A stretch of DNA of 64,000 bases. Origin: Eledone cirrhosa (taxonomy: Eukaryota). Made by a program: the position numbers and the translations under genes. This document shows, in pieces, positions 13,247 through 26,079 of the stretch. The stretch's first letter is position 1; each line of letters opens with the position of its first letter. Where the stretch lies: contig OZ024762.1 in the NCBI GenBank assembly GCA_964016885.1, positions 11,532,001 through 11,596,000 on the forward strand, given 5' to 3'. Under the pieces are notes generated by a model. It searched no databases, was not told where the DNA came from, and saw only the letters and a list, made by a program, of their open reading frames with translations.

Positions 13247-13350
13247 TTGAAGTTATGAACTGTTTGAAACGAGTTCATAACTTTGAAGTTATGAACTGTT
13301 TGAAACGAGTTCATAACTTTGAAGTTATGAACAGTTGGAAACGAGTTCAA
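13247..13350. repeat. 36-bp tandem repeat of a palindromic unit (about 2.8 copies)
   Basis: ttg AAGTTATGAACT gtttgaaacg AGTTCATAACT(T). Confidence 0.85.
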
Positions 13351-14586
13351 ACATGTAAGGACAAGTTATCTCGTCTACAGAACTGAAGAAGTTAAGGTTT
13401 CGACCTAGGTGCTCCTGAGGAGATTTGAGGCTTGCTGTGAATAATGTGATCCAGAAGCATACAAACCTTTGTGATTCTCAGCAGATTTTAGCCATGACGA
13501 CATCCACCTCGAGTGATACATCATAGAGAAAATGGCCGGCGGTGGAGGTGGGGTGGTGCTATACCTTGATTTGGTGGAGCTCCATATTTCTGCCCTAGTG
13601 CCTATACAACAACAACAGGCGTTTTTTAAAGGCTATTTTGTCTCTTGCTAAAGCAGGAGTTAGCCTTGTAGGTCCCATGACAAACTTCCCTATTTTGCCC
13701 TATTATCTACCTCGCCAACAAGTTGTTACAGTAATCTCTGACAGATATGACATGTTATTTTTTAACTGTTTGTCTACTATGGCATAATAGTAAGCTGATA
13801 TAAACTTGGAGGTGACTCACTCCTCTCCAAGCATTATAGTCCCTCATTAACCCTTTAGTATTTACATTACTATGTATTTACTACTGTATTTTCACAGTAA
13901 ACACTTTGTCTCACATAATATCGAATCTATGAGATTTTTATAATATTTATTTTGAGAACAATACCTTAACCCTTTAGCATTTACATTATTCTATATTTAC
14001 AGTCTGAGTTCAAATCCCGTCGAGATTAACTTTACCTTTCATATTTACGGTGTCGATAAAATACAGTACCAGTAATGCACTGGGTAATTGCTGGCCTTGT
14101 GCCAAAAGTAGAAACAATTATTCTATATTTACTGTTGTATTTTCACAGTAAAGGCTTTATCTTACATAATTATCTCACGTAGTATTGAATCTACAATATT
14201 TTGATGTTATTTATTTTGAGAACAATACCTTAATGTAAGTATGAGCAGCCAGTTATGGCCGGTTTGAACAGAAAGAGGTGAGAGAATTCTGGCTGGATAC
14301 GACCAGTTTAAAACATTTACATGAGATTTTATTAACAAACTCAACAGCAACATTTGAAGGCTGTTTTTCCCTAGGGCTTAGTTAGCCTCGAGAACCCCAT
14401 GACAAGTTTCTCCATTTTTACATATCGTCTCTATCTCGCCTACCTCTCACCAAACCCCTGACATTTCGACCTCCATCGTTTCCCACCATGTCTTTCATGA
14501 TCTTTCCTTTCCCTCCATATTCATCTCCATCGCATTTATTATTATTTTTAATGTGAACACTGTGTGACGAATAAAGAAATTAATAA

Positions 14587-15305
14587 GGGCGGTGGATTGG
14601 TAGTATCGGTAGTGGGTCGGACGCCATGCTTTGACGCATAGAGTTACGTCCCTTGCCATTCTGAGTTCAAATCCCGCCGAGGTTAACTTTGCCTTTCATC
14701 CTTACAGAGTCGATAAAATAAAGTACCAGTAATGCACTGGGTAATTGCTGGCCTTGTGCCAAAAGTAGAAACAATTATTATCATTATTAATTCAAGAAAC
14801 ATACACTATATCTTGTGCTGTCTTTATGGTTTTCTTTATGTCAACCCTTTGTAGTTAACCCCTTAGTTACCAACCCAACCAAAACAAGCTCTGGTTCTAT
14901 GAAATAAAGCCACCCATTTTAAAGGTTTCCAATTTAAATTAATACCTTCCAACATAATTTTATATAAAAATCTTACATTAAGTTACTATCTTAGTAATGA
15001 AATAATTAATAATTTTTGTAAATTCCTCAAAATTCTTCATTAAAAAATGAAAATCCACTTTATTAGAAATGTGCTCTTGAAAGGGTTAATAAAATAAATC
15101 ATTATTATTATTATTATTATTATTAAGGGCGGTGGATTGGCAGTATCGGTAGAGGGTCGGACGCCATGCTTTGATGCATAGAGTTACGGCCCTTGCCATT
15201 CTGAGTTCAAATCCCGCCGAGGTTAACTTTGCCTTACGGGGTCGATAAAATAAAGTACCAGTAATGCACTGGGTAATTGCTGGCCTTGTGCCTAACGTAG
15301 AAACA

Positions 15306-15336
<31 letters not shown>

Positions 15337-16080
15337 GGGGCTTTCTCTACAAGTGACCCTCGAAAGTCTCACCCCTATAGGGGAATTTTTTTTTGCTCTA
15401 TTTTTTTGTTACATCCTTTGTTTTTGTTTTATATTTGTTTTTACGTGCAGAAAGCCCCAGTTTGTTCCGTCCTGTGCTGTCCTTAACCCTTTAGCATTTA
15501 CATTACCTATATTTACTATTGTATTTTCGCAGTAAAGGCTTTACCTCACATAATATTGAATCTAAGAGATTTTGATGTTATTTATTTTGAGAACAATACC
15601 TTAATATCAGTATGAGTGGCCACTTATGGCCAGTTTAAACAGAAAGAAATGAGAGAAATACGGCTGGTTTAAATGCTAAAGGGTTAATGTTATCATTTTG
15701 TAAACTCGCCAAGGTTAACTTTGCCTTTCATCCTTACGGGGTCGATAAAATAAAGTACCAGTAATACACTGGGGTTGATTTAATTGACTTTCCCACCCAC
15801 CTCCTCCCACCGGAAATTGCTGGCCTTGTGCCAAATGTAGAAACAATTATTATTATTATTTTTTATAATGGCGGTGGCGGGTCAAGCGCCATGCTTTTCA
15901 GCATAGAGTTATGGCCCTTTACGTTCTGAGTTCAAATCCTGCCGAGGTTAATTTTGCCTTTCATCCTTACGGGGGTCGATAAATTAAAGTAGCAGTAATA
16001 CACTGGGGGCGGTTGATTTAATCAACTTTCCCATTCCTCCGAAAATTGTTGGCCTTGTGCCTAAATCGGAAACCGTTATT
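14587..16080 (+). mobile_element. Cluster of SINE family A copies and TTAA MITEs
   Basis: SINEs at about 14587-14776, 15127-15308, 15705-15848 and 15870-16080; MITEs at about 14854-15029 and 15482-15687. Confidence 0.8.
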
Positions 16081-16379
16081 TCCTTTTATAGGTTAATTAT
16101 TGCAAGAATGGGCTTTAATTAATGGAATCGAACCCCAGTATATTACCAGTATTACCACCTGCATGTTGGTTATACTTTCATACCTAGGCTTGTGGCCAAA
16201 ATTGGGAGATAGTGACCGATAAATAAAGCACTTTCACTCCTAGAAGCTAACAATGGAAACCTAAATTTGTTCCCTTGGTGATATTATTGGTAAATAGTTT
16301 ATCAAATGTAAACGAATCGAGTACAAATTTGGTTTAATTAAAAGGAAGAAGCATTTTTAATTAAGAAAATTCTTTATTA

Positions 16380-16612
16380 CATTATGTATGTATATGTATA
16401 TATGTTGTGTGTGTATATATATAAATATATATGTATGTGTATATATATAAATATATATGTATATTGTATATATATATATATGTGTGTGTGTGTATATACA
16501 TATATATGTATGTGTATATATATATGTAAAAATATATGTATGTGTGTGTAAAAATATCTATATACATATATATGTATACACATATATATGTATACATATA
16601 TATGTATACACA

Positions 16613-16694
<82 letters not shown>

Positions 16695-17660
16695 ACACAA
16701 CATTCCGTGTTGACTCCCAGTTCTCTCAGTGTCCATTCTGCACAACAGACTACTTACTAATGAACTAATTATTGTGAGTCTGTAATTATGATTGGTACAG
16801 TGCCTAACGAGTAAGTTGCACCATAACCTGCTTATTGTTGCCCAACAATGCAAACTTGCGGCAAATGGAAAATAAATTTAATAAAAATATTCAACTTTTC
16901 ACAACTGTTTTGTTTTTATTTTTATCTTTTTTCTTGTTTTCTTTATGTATCCATTTCTCTTTATCTTGCTCTCACTTTTCTCTTTTTCTCTCTCTCGCTC
17001 TCTCTTTCTCTAGATCTTGCTCTCTCTCTCTCTCTTCTCTTTATCTTGCTCTCTCTCTCTCTCTTCTCTTTATCTTGCTCTCTCTCTCTCTCTTCTCTTT
17101 ATCTTGCTCTCTCTTTTCTCTTTTTCTCTCTCTCGCTCTCTCTTTCTCTAGATCTTGCTCTCTCTTTCTCTAGATCTTGCTCTCTCTCTCTCTCTTCTCT
17201 TTATCTTGCTCTCTCTCTCTCTCTCTCTTTTTATCTTGCTCTCTCTCTTCTCTTTATCTTGCTCTCTCTTTTCTCTTTTTCTCTCTCTCGCTCTCTCTTT
17301 CTCTAGATCTTGCTTTCTCTCTCTCTCTTCTCTTTATTTTGCTCTCTCTCTCTCTCTTCTCTTTATCTTGCTCTCTCTATCTCTCTTCTCTAGATCTTGC
17401 TCTCTCTCTCTCTTCTCTTTATCTTGCTCTGTCTCTCTCTCTTTCTCTAGATCTTGCTCGCTATCTCTTTTTCTTGCTCTCTCTCTCTCTCTCTATTTCT
17501 TGCTCTCTCTTTTCTTTTTATCTTGCTCCCTCTCTCCTTATCTCTTTATTTAGCTCTCTCCCTTTCTTTATCTTGCTCTTTCTTTCTCTCCTCTTCTTTT
17601 CATCTAATCATCTCTCTCTCTAGCTCTTTCCTCAACTCTCTCTCCATCTATCTATCTTTC
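16380..17660. repeat. (TA/TG)n tract and (CT)n-based compound repeat
   Basis: TA-rich at 16380-16690; TTTATCTTGC/TAGATCTTGC-(CT)n units at 16960-17600. Confidence 0.9.
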
Positions 17661-18059
17661 TTTTCAATGGAACAAACTTAAATTTTGAAAGTACAGTTTA
17701 TAAAAAAAAATGTCCTGAAATGTTGCAAAAGAGTGCCCAGCTGGAATATTCTGAGGCCCAGCCTAGCACTTGAGTCTGGTTAAAGATCTTGAGGAGCACC
17801 AGAGTTTGGTGAAGGACCTGAGAAACACTGATATATATTCTTACCAAAACACTCACAGCACTGCTGCAGGTGATAGTGTAGCTAAGCTGCTGAAATAACC
17901 AAGTGCACACACCAGAAGCATCATGTGTTATAAGATGCCTGTTGGTGTCAATTAATAGGTTTTCATATATATGGATCCTACGTACAATACATATTGTATA
18001 AACAGTAATATCCAAACGCAGAGTTTATGTTCCATTTTGGGGTGGAGAGGGGATTCCTT

Positions 18060-18545
18060 TGGTTGGATGCCCTTCCTACCACCACTCATTTTACAGAGTG
18101 TACTTGGTGCATCTTATCATAGCTTCAACACTGCCACAGCAAGTGCATTTTATTGTGGCATTAGCACTACCACTTTCCTGAGCATACTGGGTGCATTTTA
18201 TTCTTGTAGTAGCACTACCATTTTACAGAGTGTACTGGGTGTAGTCTATTGTGGCAGTAGCATTACCATTTTACAGAGTGTACTGGGTGTATTTTATTGT
18301 GGCACCAACACTACCACTATACAGAGTGTACTGGGTGTAGTCTATTGTGGCACCAGCACTACCACTTTACAGAGTGTACTGGGTGTAATATATTGTGGCT
18401 GTTGTACTACCAGTTTACAGAGTGTACTGGGTCTAGTCTATTGTGGCTCCAACACTAGAGTGTACTGGGTGTAATATATTGACACCAACACTGCTAGTTT
18501 ACAGAGTGTACTGGGTGTTGCCTTATGGGACAGTAGTACTACTGA
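18060..18545 (+). repeat. 48-bp minisatellite expanded inside a dispersed SINE-like repeat (family C)
   Basis: GGATGCCCTTCCT lead-in, then about 9 units of TTTACAGAGTGTACTGGGTGTA..TATTGTGGCA; the same expansion occurs at 41230-41555. Confidence 0.8.
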
Positions 18546-20078
18546 GGTTGCCTAGTATTACAAAAGACTAAATACTTTACTATACTAACATGTCTCCTTT
18601 CCTTCAAGGCAGTATGGCAAAGAGGGTGAAGAGTAAGGAGCATTGCGTGGGTAAGTGGAGCAGAAATGTCTTAGATGCAGAGATGTAATTAAGGTGTAGC
18701 GAGCATGGCACGTACCATGGACTCCACATAAAGGGGGCGCCATTTGGATTAGGAGCAGGTTCTATTAAAGTAATAAGCCTCACCAGAGAGTGGAAACTCC
18801 TTCAGATGTATGATCCGTCTCTGATTATCATGGGTGACACTATGGTGGTTTTGATCATTAAACCATTTATATAAATTATTAGAACCATAGGTAAAACTAC
18901 AGTGCTGAGCAGGGACGCAGTTTCACTGCTTGCCATAGGTGCTATTTTCCCTGTTTATGCCTCTGGTTAGGTGGGGTTGGAGAGTAAAATAGTAGAAGTT
19001 AATGAAAGAGAGAAAGAGTACATTATGAATAGAACTAAGCAGAGCTCATACGATCCATTTTTGGTGTGGTTTCCATGGCTGGATGCTCTTTCTAACTGCA
19101 ATCACTTTACAGAATGTACTGGGTACATTTTATCGTGACACCAGCACACTCTATCCTATCTTGGCCTTCGATTTTTCTTTTAATTTTAATGGGATTTGGT
19201 TGCTGTTTCTAGAGAGGGTTGAAAGACGATGTAGTCAGATCGTCAGACAAAATATCTTGCGGTATTTAGTACTCTCTGAATTTAAATCCCGCAGAGAGCA
19301 ACTTAGCTTTTCACTCTCCTTCTGGAATCGATAAAATAAGATGTGCATTCGACAGGGGCGGATTAGGCCTGCATGGGGACCCTGGCTGAAATTTTCATAT
19401 GGGAGCCAGAAAAAAAAATAATTTGGTGCCCTTTATAGTGGAACTCCTATTAACCTATCTAACCGGCAACTGGTGGTCGATATATATATTCATATAGCAT
19501 TCTATATGAGATTATAGTGGAAGAAGAGCGACCATCTGGACACTCGTTGATTCGAATCAGAATTATTTTTACAACCAGCAAGAGACAGATGTGATAGGTA
19601 ACGAATGTTTACGATGTTCGTGTCTTCCTACTGAATTTAAAGTGAAATTTCAAGTGTTTTAATCTAATGATTATACAGTCCATAGCTTTAATTTACCAAG
19701 TGAGTTGTCTCTGGGTTACGGTTTCGAATAGCTATTGAAGTTAATTCGTTTTACTTAATCTGTTAATGAGAAAGCCTTCAACATTAATATAGAAGTCCCT
19801 CCTGTATTAATTTATAATTTATCCCCTCGTGTGTAAATTAAAAGCCAAGCATGGTCATGCATCACGATGATTTTAAAATAATCCTGAATTGAAGTTTAAT
19901 TCATCCACAAAGAATATTTATTTTTTACTCATAGTTTTCAATATGAGTAATTTCAGGATTTCTTCCGAAATGAAATATTCCTCTTATTAATTTTTTTTCC
20001 TTTTTGAATACTTCGTAAATTCAAGAGTGAAAATGATAATCTTAAAATCTGAATGAAAGCAACAGAAAGAACTGAAGT

Positions 20079-20253
20079 TTCGAATCAAAATCCAAACATT
20101 TCTATTGGATGTTGAAAACCGTTAAGCATTTCTATTGGCTGATGAAAATTGTTTGAACGCTATACTGAGGCTGATAACCTTTAACAACAGCAGTGGTTAC
20201 CAGTCACGAAAGAGGTTATAAGTAATTGGCATCATTTCATTGGTCCATTCGAA
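20079..20253 (+). promoter_or_regulatory. Putative CDK1 promoter: tandem inverted CCAAT boxes, MYB-like site and CHR elements
   Basis: ATTGG at 20104, 20134, 20225 and 20239; AACCGTTA at 20117-20124; TTTGAA at 20152-20157; TTCGAA at 20079 and 20248. The island is repeat-free and lies upstream of a donor at 20354. Confidence 0.65.
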
Positions 20254-20353
20254 CTTGCGTCTGTTCACCGCCATTCTACTGTTGCTAAACACCCAACATT
20301 ACAAACTTCAATTTACTCGCATCTTGCTTATTACATCGTCCTCTCTCATTCAG
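20170..20353 (+). other. CDK1: Putative non-coding first exon of CDK1 (5' end approximate)
   Basis: Follows the promoter motifs and ends at CAG/GTTTGT. The first coding exon has an acceptor (23325-23326) upstream of its ATG, so an upstream exon is required. Confidence 0.45.
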
Positions 20354-21925
20354 GTTTGTTCCTTTTGTTTTTAATTATCTATATACTTTAAAATAATGAT
20401 TTCTAATTATTTAGGCATCAAGGTAAAGAATCTTTTGTAGGGAAGGGGACGGAAAGTCAATTATATTTTACTGGTACTTTATTTTAATGACCCCAGATTT
20501 ATAGTAACTGAAATACATATATTTGCACAGTCGCTGTATATAAATATATCTATATATATTTATAAATATATAGGTATATATACTCCTCTACTTTCTTTTG
20601 ATCTTTGTATGTATAGTTTTACCTTTTGCTATATATAAATATATATATAATATATATATTTAATGTATTTTGTATTTAACTAATAATAATAATTAAATCG
20701 TTACTTTCAAAACTACTCCTTAATACATCGCACTGAATATGATATATGTATATATACCTGGTCTCGGTAGTATTTTAATTTGGATCTTTTGTTTAATTGT
20801 TGTGTATTTTTAATAAATTTTAAAAAGGTGTACTGGGTTTGAACTCTAAACTCCTTGTTTGTCGCCTCGAGAAAGAAGGAAGAGGGAGAGCTGTCAAATA
20901 CTGCATGTAATAATAAATCATTATTACAATGATTTGTTTCAGTGTTCAAATCTCTCTAGGGTTAACTTTGCCTTTCATCTTTACGGGGGTCGATAAAATA
21001 AAGCACCAGTCATGTACTCGGTTCGATTTAATCGACTTTCCCCTCCCCCAAATTGCTGGCCTTGTGCCTAAATCTGAAACAATAATTTGACTTGTGCCAT
21101 CCTTAAGGTCTTTTTTCATGTAAACCCCTTGTGTTTAATAAAGAAATCATCGTTGTTCGTTGGACAATATACTTCACAGTATTTAGGTACATTCAAATCC
21201 CGTCGAGGTCAATTTTGCTTTTCATCCTCTTGGGGTGCCTGGTCCGTAGATTAAGGTACCAGTCAAGTACTGGAGTGAATCGATATTCCCCTCCCTCAGA
21301 TTGTTAGCCTGGTCTTTAAATTAGAAATTATTTTAAAAGTATTTGATAATTGTTCTAGTTTGTGTGGTAGTAACACTTATGAATTAACGGTTATTGACCC
21401 ACTCTTAAAAATATTATCATGACTCCCTTATATAATTAAATTGTATTCCATTCATTTCAGTTGGAATTTGAATTTTCAAACCGCTTTTCTGTATTTTTAA
21501 AAATATTTCTCTGCGTTCGCCTGAAATTTAATTAAGAATTTAATTTATATCGCTAATAAACTTCAGTTAGTGCCTTTTTTTTGTTCTTAATCTAAATAAT
21601 CAAGTCTTAGATATATCGATTTCAAAAAATATATATCTAAATAAGGCATCGCTCGTTCTGATCGATCGACAAGTTCCCAGACCTCATTCGCTTGCCGAGT
21701 GGGGTGGACCTCGTCAAATCAGACCAAGGAAACCATGTTTCCATTGGTCTTTCCATTGCTAATACTATCTACCGGTCGCAACTCCTGGTAGAAAGAGCAA
21801 CGTGAAAATAAAGTGTCTTGCTCAAGGGCATAACGCATCACCCGGTTCGAGAATTGAATTTGCAACCTCACGATTGCGAATCCAACTCTAACCACTAAGC
21901 CATAAATATCCCTTCACTGTAAACG

Positions 21926-22182
21926 AAAGGAGTTTGTGTGTAACCGGTCTCGATTTGCTAAAAATAACAGTAGCATGCATCCAAATCTCTCCATGATACC
22001 GTCATAAGTAAAAGAAGTACACCATATTTAGATGTCAGTCAAGATGGTCATGATAAAAAATGTATTTTTGATGACGGATCAAGAGGTGACTTGTGACTGG
22101 AACGAGGAAACCTATGGAGAGATTTGGATGCATGCTACTGTTATTTCTAGCAAATCGAGACCGGTTACACACAAACTTCTTT
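21926..22182. repeat. Inverted repeat, 69-bp arms, 119-nt spacer
   Basis: 21926-21994 versus 22114-22182, 2 differences. Confidence 0.9.
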
Positions 22183-23348
22183 AACAATTAATGATTTAAG
22201 ATGAATTTTTGTCGTGAAAAATATTTTGAAGCTTCTTTACCGTGGAGGGCATTTTTATAATGTAGTCCCACCCTTGCAAGCAGGGAAAAGCGGACGTAAA
22301 ATGATGATGAGACGGGTTGGTCTAAAAAGATCGTATGGTTAGTTACTGTTTTTTAAAGGTGTGTTCAGGGTCTGACCAACGGGGCTGCTTCTACCTGTTC
22401 GTTCTCCTCTGCAGGAAATAACTACTAAATTCCATACTGCTGCTTTTAAAGCAGAGACACTGAGTTAAGCACAGACAAGATGAATGTGGTTGGGTCATAT
22501 TTTGCCCATTGCCGTGACTGACCGGTACAGGTAGTAATTAGTAATCGATACCACCATCACTAATTGATCGATGCTTCGTCATTCCAACACCCAACCAAAA
22601 ATTATTTTATATAATATACGTTTAGAATAACGTCGGAAAACGTGGAGTATCTTGCTTTTTCCCCAAGTAATTATATCTTACGATGTAACAAACCTCATAA
22701 TTGAACAAAATATTGCGGCCCTTGCCTGGAGTACTAGAAACCAGTTTCCTTCTCAATGCTGCACCCTCATATTTAAGACTTTACAGTGATATGCTTATTC
22801 CGGAACTCTACGCATTAAGAATGTCCATCGGGATGTTCTGAAGAGCCATCCACCCCCACCCCCCTATTTCCACCAAAGCCTGGCGACGAACCTAACATTT
22901 TCACTTTTGCCAACTGTATTCTCTCTCCTTTCTATCTCTCTCTCAAAACCAAAGCCATTGACACAGACTTCCAGTCTCTGTTCTTTCGGTTCTATTCTCT
23001 GCTCATCACCCATCATTTTACATTCTCTTTGTTTGTTGAGACAGTTCGAAGGACTACATCTCCCTCACACATTACATGGGGTATTTACGACAGAAGCAGC
23101 AAGTTTAGTGAAGGTGTGATGACCGGGGAGAGTTATTGAGCTGAGAGCATTGAATAAAACACTGTAAATGTGGTTGGTGTTAGGAAGGGCATCCAGCAAT
23201 AGAAACCGAGCCAAAACCGGTCGTGTAAGACTACCGTGGAAAAATGGACGTTTAAACTGAGGCTGATGAAAGTCATCTTTTTTTATGGTCAGTACGAAAT
23301 TACAGGTTTTTCTTTTATCTTTTCAGGCAGCTCTCCATTTAGTACGAA

Positions 23349-23397
23349 ATGCCTGGGAACATGGATGATTACTTGAAGATTGAAAAGATTGGAGAAG
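23349..23397 (+). CDS. CDK1: CDK1 first coding exon
   Basis: ATG 23349 MPGNMDDYLKIEKIGE; second in-frame ATG at 23361; donor G/GTGAGC. Confidence 0.9.
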
Positions 23398-23747
23398 GTG
23401 AGCATTTGGTTACTGAAGAGCCTTCTATTTTATGACAATGAATTAACGAATAGGCTATGTAGCCGGTAAACCCTGATGGGACGCAGCACAAATCGTTATC
23501 GCACCGCCCCCTTCCTTCTGTTTGTATCTGTTTATCTATTTACATGTAAAGATTTCAAATTGTCTTAACTCTGGCTGCTGCAACTCATGGTGTCTGACAC
23601 TCTTACTGGCTTATGTGGCCCAAAAAGTTTGAGGACGATGGAGGAGGAAATGAAAGCAGGAAATGAGAGGCTGGTCATGGATTCCCTATGGCCTGAAAAT
23701 AGTCAGTTTTCCTTCTAAAATTTAACTGCTTCAGTGTTTCAGTTCTT

Positions 23748-23960
23748 TTAACCCTTTAGCATTTAAACCGGCCATATCCAGCCAGAATTCTCTCACAACT
23801 TTCTGTTCAAACCAGCTGTAATCAGCCACTTATACTACTGTTAAGGTATTGTTCTCAAAATAAATATCAAAATCTCATAGATTCAATATTATGTGAGATA
23901 AAGCCTTTTCTGCGAAAATACTATTGTAAATATAGAGTAATGTGAATGCCAAAGGGTTTA
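23748..23960 (+). mobile_element. piggyBac-like MITE (TTAA target, CCCTTTAGCATTTA TIR, about 200-230 bp)
   Basis: Representative of more than 15 copies. Complete TTAA-flanked examples are at about 15482-15687, 38779-39005, 42600-42815 and 45849-46076. Confidence 0.8.
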
Positions 23961-24172
23961 TCCAGCCAGAATTCTCTTGTGACTTTCTGTTCAAATTGGC
24001 TGTAACCAGTCACTCATACTGATGTTAAGGTATTATTTTCAAAAGATACGAAAATCTAAGATTCGATATTATGTGGAATAATTGTCAGATAAAGCCTTTA
24101 CCATGAAAATAGAATGGTATATATAGAATAATGTAAATTTTAAAAGGGTTTTTTGTTTTATTCTCTTCACAG

Positions 24173-24329
24173 GTACCTATGGTGTTGTGTACAAAGGGCG
24201 TCATAAAAGAACAAATCGGATTGTTGCATTGAAGAAAATCCGGTTAGAGAGTGAAGAAGAGGGAATACCTTCAACAGCTATCAGAGAAATCTCATTTTTA
24301 AGAGAAATGGTGCATGATAACATTGTTCG
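24173..24329 (+). CDS. CDK1: CDK1 exon (T14/Y15, PSTAIRE)
   Basis: [51 protein letters not shown]. Confidence 0.96.
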
Positions 24330-25239
24330 GTGAGAATGTGTTCCAAAATTCTACTGCTAGGCTTGTTTTAACCCTTTTCATACCAACCCAACCAGAGTTG
24401 GTTGTAAACTAAATTGGCCTTATGAAGTAGTGGTAGAGAGTGTAACCCTGCATAAGGGATCATTCAGGTGATGTCAGCTGAGTCTGGGGCTCAAATCACA
24501 TCATTCAATTTTCAAATGTTCATTAGATAATGCTACAGATCAAAATTTAAGCAAAGAATGTTTGCTTTCACCCTATTACAGGATCTTCTGAAACTCAGAA
24601 GATCCCGTAGTAAGGGTAAAAGCAGTGATTCTTTGTTTAAACTTGAATCTATACTAATAATAATTGTTTCTACTTTAGGCACAAGGCCAGCAATTATCCA
24701 GTACATTACTGGTACTTTATTTTATCGACTCCATAAGGATGAAAGGCAAAGTTAACCTCGGCAGGATTTGAACTCAGAATGGCGAGGGCCGTAATTCTAT
24801 GCATCAAATCATGGTGTGTGACCCTCTACCGATACTGCCAAACCACCGCCTAATAATAATATATATATATATGCATACACACACACAGTCCACACTGTAA
24901 AGTGGTCATGTAGGTGTCACAACAAAAAGCACCCAGTCCACACTGTAAAGTGGTCAAACAAAAAGCATCCAGCTATAGAAACCAAGCCAGAAACAATTCT
25001 GTATGAGCAAGAAACAGTCACTTGACCCAACTTGCTTCAAATGGGACAACTCGTCTAACCCATGCTAGCATGGAATATTGAACGTTAAACAATGATGATG
25101 AGTACTTTGGACAACAAAATATCAAATAAATTGTTATAACTGAAACTACTAAAATGGGATATTTTACACATAACTTTGGAATAATTTACATAAAAGTAAT
25201 TCTTTTTTAAATCACACACACGCACGCACGCACGCACAC

Positions 25240-25281
<42 letters not shown>

Positions 25282-25429
25282 TCTTCAGCTGAATATACTG
25301 GAGCCATGTGAATTAGTCTTTTGCTCAAGAACACAACACACAGCTCAGTCCAGGAATCAAACCCATGGTTGTAAGTCCAACACCACCACTATAATACCTC
25401 AAGCTAACTATATTCTTCTATGTTTGCAG

Positions 25430-25553
25430 TTTGGAAGATGTCTTGATGCAAGAAGGTAAACTATATCTTGTATTTGAATTTTTGTCTATGGATCTGAAGA
25501 AATATATGGATTCTATACCAAGTGGCAAATACATGGATACTAAACTTGTAAAG
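25430..25553 (+). CDS. CDK1: CDK1 exon
   Basis: [41 protein letters not shown]. Confidence 0.96.
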
Positions 25554-25908
25554 GTACTTTTTTTTATTTTTTTTTTTTATTCTAGAATTGTTTTTCAACA
25601 CGCTGACGTGTATGTGCATATATGAGTATATAAATATAAATGCGCAAGCAGACACCCTTACAAAAATATACACTCACCGATAGCATAGTTTTTTTCACCA
25701 TCCCCTGCATTTGTTTTACGTGCACATACATTGACGCAGGCAGCAAACGTAAAGAGTAATTTGAGGTAGTCAAGCTATGCCTCTCTCTTTACATATGGCA
25801 GAATTGCAGAAGTTTATATAGGGATTATCATTATTGCTAATGGCAGTGGTCTTTAAATCCTGCTTCTGTCTTTATTTCCAGTGTTTCAACTGATCTATTT
25901 CTTTACAG

Positions 25909-26079
25909 AGCTATCTCCATCAAATACTCCAAGGAATTCTCTACTGTCATCAGCGCAGACTCTTACATCGTGATTTGAAACCCCAGAATCTACTTATTGA
26001 TACAGCAGGAGTCATTAAATTGGCCGACTTTGGCCTGGCGCGAGCTTTTGGTATTCCTTGCCGTGCTTACACCCATGAA
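25909..26079 (+). CDS. CDK1: CDK1 exon (catalytic loop, T-loop)
   Basis: [57 protein letters not shown]; 171 nt. Confidence 0.96.

Noticed and set aside
13247-13350. 36-bp palindromic repeats as a mini-CRISPR
   Set aside because: The units are contiguous with near-identical loops and no spacers.
16377-18474. ORFs of 100-170 aa between MGAT5 and CDK1
   Set aside because: TA and CT tracts plus a 48-bp minisatellite.
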